Both the position numbers and the translations under genes were made by a program. The notes under the pieces were generated by a model. That model was not told the DNA's origin. It ran no database searches and saw nothing but the letters and a program-made list of their open reading frames with translations. Positions 59,701-64,000 of a DNA stretch of 64,000 nucleotides are shown here, piece by piece. How positions within the stretch are numbered: position 1 is the first letter of the stretch; each line of letters begins with the position of its first letter. This stretch comes from the human T2T-CHM13v2.0 reference genome, Homo sapiens: assembly GCF_009914755.1 (NCBI RefSeq), contig NC_060939.1; one strand, 5' to 3'.

Positions 59701-61587
59701 GTTATTAACTCTTAAATTCCCCTTTTGTCCAAAATCACCTTGCAAATGGTGGCACAGGGCAAAACAGATTATAGGGACTCTACCAAGCTAGACCATATTA
59801 ATTTATGATCCTATCTATATGGGAAAGCCAGATAGAGTGGGCCAGGTCTTTATAAGTCAGGATTATGCTGGTGAGGTTTTTCTGGCTGGGCCTAATGGTG
59901 CAGAACCACCACGGACCCAGTCCTAGCCTTCACTTTGCAGTCTCAGATACTTGATTTTATCCATTCATCTGGGTGCATTGGATTATATGGACCAATGCCC
60001 CAAGAGATGGATTTTAAAAATCACAAATCTATTAATTTATAATTAAATATATACTCACATATGTGCATACCTTTACTAAGAACCAGAAGAAGTCACTCAC
60101 ATGGCATGTCTCAGTCTTGTTGAGGTGAGCCACTCAGGACACTGAAATACATCGCAGAAGGCAGCTTATTCAGCACAGAATCAGAGCAGAGGGAGCTGGC
60201 TGTTGAAGATATGGTAGTTCTCACGGCCTGAAGACTGGCCTTGCCTACTCTAGCAGCATTTTTGCTCTAAAATAACAGTATCAGACTCCTAAAATGAGAG
60301 CACAATTTTTCCTGGTCAGTGCTAACAAGTCCTGTTTTTCCAAGTCTCCATTTTTATTATTTCTTATCAGGTCCCAAAGGCTTCTCTCATTACATTTTGT
60401 GTTATAATTTACAAGCTTATTTTATATAAGTGACATCTCAGAGTAAGTGGTTCCTAGTACATTAATCTAAGGCAGCTTTAAGTTACCATGTAGAGTAGGT
60501 TAGGGCCGCCCTCGTCCAGGTGGGGGCTGCCATGCTCACTAGGTCCAGGAGCTAGATATTCCCAGCCCATTCCTACACCAGGGATTCAAGGACCTGGTGA
60601 TTTGGAGGTCATCTTTGATTTCTCTGTTTTTATCTTCTAGAGATAACGTGAGCAGGTATTATTCGTATGATTGCCTGAAGATAAAAACTCATGCTCATAA
60701 GATACATATCCTGCTGTGGTCCTCTCTTCTTTCCCATGGTAGAAGAGAGACCATTAAAACAAATAACAATGGTAGGAAAAAAATAGATTGTAATATCTGG
60801 ATGGGAATTTAAGTCCTGGTGTAACATCCAGGCATTACAAACCTGGGCTTCATGCTTCATTTTGCCTACGGACCAACTTAGCATCTAAAACAGTCATACC
60901 ACAGTGTGTACATATGTATGTATAATGCAAATATATAACACTCTGCATAATACAGCAAAGAAAGAGTGGGGCAAATTTCAGAGTTTAAAATGCAGTATTG
61001 TCATCTTTTTAGAGCTGGAGTTACCTTAATGTGCTGTCTGCCCCACTCAGGCAAACTTTAAAATAATATCATATTTCTCAAAACCCTATTAAACTGTCAC
61101 ATAAATTCCCTTTATTTCCCTTTCCCGTCAATGCTGATTACCACAGAAGATATTTCTGTGTCAGTGGAAATTTTTTCCCTTCCCATCGGCCTTCCTCTCT
61201 TGCCACTTTCTTTTGGGGGTCTGTCTCCAGGGGCCAGTCTTCTAGAGACCCCTTTGCCTCAGCCGAACAGAGGAAATACAATCACTCAGCCAGCCCTGGT
61301 CATCCAGTGCTGTTTTTCATGTAAGTGCTGAGTAGCTTCAGCTTCCAACTGGGCCATTCTGAGAGCTATGCTGATTTCACAGGGGCTTACAAATAGGTGA
61401 TACTGAGCATTTCCTATGTATTTGGCTCAGGCTAAGCTCTTTATTCTGTCTCCTTTAATTTTTACAATGCAGTGAGATGGGATTATTATTATTATTATTA
61501 TACCCATTTCACAGCTGAACAAATTGAGGCCGCATGTAAGTAACATATGCAAAGTCAAGCCACAAATTCAGTGGCAGGGCGAGGGTT

Positions 61588-61699
61588 CAGGGCAACCAAC
61601 TGCCCCAGTTTTCCCAGGTTGGAGGAGTTCACCTGGACGCTTGCTTTCAGTGCTAAAACTTGGACAGTTCTTGACAGAGAAGGATAGTTGATCACTTTA
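61588..61699 (-). mobile_element. MER94 (hAT-Blackjack MITE)
   Basis: cagggcaaccaact...ctttcagtgctaaaac...agttgatcacttta with terminal inverted repeats. Confidence 0.75.
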
Positions 61700-61700
61700 G

Positions 61701-62012
61701 TTTTTTTTTTTTTCTTTTTTTCTTTTTTTGAGATGGAGTTTCACTCTTGTCACCCAGGCTGGAGTGCAATGGAGCGATCTTGGCTCACTGCAAACTCCAC
61801 CTCCTTAGGTAAAGCAATTCTCCTGCCTCAGCCTCCCGAGTGGCTGGGACTACAGGCACCCACAACCATGCACAGCTGATTTTTGTATTTTTAGTAAAGG
61901 TGGGGTTTCACCGTGTTGGTCAGGCTGGTCTTGAACTCCTCACTTCTGATGATCCACCTGCCTCAGCCTCTCAAAGTGCTAGGATTACCAGCATGAGCCA
62001 CCGTGCCTGGCC
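61701..62012 (-). mobile_element. AluS
   Basis: Dimer; TSD g(a/g)tcactttagttt. Confidence 0.93.
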
Positions 62013-62319
62013 GGTCACTTTAGTTTAGATTTCAGTCCCTCTGACTACCTGAAAAAACCCTTGTTCTTAACCATGAAGGATACTGCCTTACCCACATGGA
62101 ACAGAATATGATAATATTATTACATAAATTAATACGATAATATCCACTCTTCATTATTTCCATCTTTCTAAATTTTTATGTTTTACAGAAAACTTTTTAA
62201 AGTCAAATTTGAGTGGTTCTCATTCAAACTAGATATGGCCATACCAATAATGTATTCACTCATTCATTTGATTGAGTACAGTTTGAATAATAATAATATA
62301 ATTTTCCTTAATAATAATG

Positions 62320-62550
62320 CCAGTAATTATACAACTTAACTAATTACATTGATTGGGCAATTGATGTGTGCCATGTACTTTGCAAAATGCTTTACATGCA
62401 TTATCATATTTAATTTTGACAACAACCCCATGAGATAGGGACTATTGTTTTCCCCAGTTTTGTAAGTAAAGCTGTGAAGCTCAGGGTACTTCAATGACTA
62501 GCCATAGAGAGTGGGCAGAGTCGAGATTCTGACCCAAGTCCAGCCTGCTC
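62320..62550 (-). mobile_element. MIR
   Basis: acaacaaccccatgagatagggactattg...ctgacccaagtcc. Confidence 0.7.
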
Positions 62551-62890
62551 ACTGACACAGGACATAGTGATCTCAACACAGCTTATTTGCCCTTCTCTAC
62601 AGAGTTTCAGAGCTGGTTTCAAGGGCTTTGCAGTGGAGCAGTCCAATCTTAACCATGTAGCTGTGTCTCACTTAAAAAACAACTGTGAGAACTCTTAACT
62701 TTTCAGAAAGATTCATAGCAGGGTGCTTCAAAATTGAGGGCTTTCAAAGTAAATTTAAATGATGACTTGATTTGTAAAATATTCATTTACATGCAATCTG
62801 TAAGGCCTATCTCTGGCACAATCCTTTGGCATGGTCTAGGGGATTGTTTTAAACCAAGGCACTAGAGGGATGTCGTTAGGCTTGTATTAA

Positions 62891-63387
<497 letters not shown>

Positions 63388-63735
63388 ATGGCATATTCAT
63401 CCGTCTGTGTCATTCTCTCTGCTTCTTTGGTGTTTGTCTTTCTCTCTGTCTCTAAACCCTGCAAGAAAAAAGAAGTATTTCCATTAACTTCCCGTTCATT
63501 TACAAGGCCATTTATGCACATGCTTGGCTTAAAAATCTGTTTTATTTGGCTCCAACTTTCAAATTGTGTCCTTTGAAAGCTACTCATTCTCATTTGAATC
63601 CTCTTTGGAGCCACATCTCTTAATGGCTACACAGCAGAACTTTTTAAATTCTTGCCTTTAATGCCTGCCTTATTCTCAGACAGGGTGATATCCTACTCAC
63701 TACTCTTTGTTGTTCTAATCCACATTACTTATAAA

Positions 63736-63759
63736 GTGTGTGTGTGTGTGTGTGTGTGT
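63736..63759. repeat. (GT)12 microsatellite
   Basis: Direct reading. Confidence 0.95.
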
Positions 63760-64000
63760 ACCAGTCACTGTGCTTGTTTCTAATTACTGGGGAAACAAAA
63801 TTGAATTAAACACATATACTCAGGGGCCTTTTAAAATCCTTTTTAGGCCTGAGGTACTTTAAGAATTGGAGGGCCCATCATATAGCATATTAAACATAAT
63901 AAAATGCAATCACAACCCACATTAAATATCCTTTTTGTCACTGAATTTGAAAAAGTTTCATGTTTGCTTTTACAACTATTTGGCTATGGATGATATTTAA

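Larger units (their letters stand above)
61395..62090 (-). mobile_element. MIR split by MER94 and an Alu
   Basis: cccatttcacagctgaacaaattgaggc before the insertions; tctgact...tcttaaccatgaaggatactgcct after. Confidence 0.65.

Noticed and set aside
60515-60532. CTCF-like ccaggtgggggctg
   Set aside because: Mismatches in the motif core; not supportable without data.

Overview
Primate (probably human) non-coding genomic DNA: AT-rich, CpG-depleted and dominated by interspersed repeats (AluS/AluY, L1PA/L1MA/L1ME, L2, L3/CR1, MIR, MLT1/MST/THE1, ERVL/ERV1 LTRs, hAT MERs). I found no supportable host exon, RNA gene or prokaryote-type system, and the listed ORFs are repeat-derived or chance. The largest elements are a 5'-intact, 3'-truncated L1PA15/16-like element (11263-17650, +) with a ~113-bp tandem array in its 5'UTR, and a near full-length L1MA9-like element (40667-46080, -) lacking ORF1. 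The most unusual signal is a set of templated-insertion and fold-back scars: a 40-bp copy transferred 2 kb with a snap-back tail (32283 to 34271), inverted patchwork insertions inside L1 and Alu (14094, 21730, 35494), and several local tandem duplications (25 bp at an Alu TSD, 109 bp at 55081). Repeat subfamily names come from recalled consensus sequences, and boundaries of old repeats are approximate.
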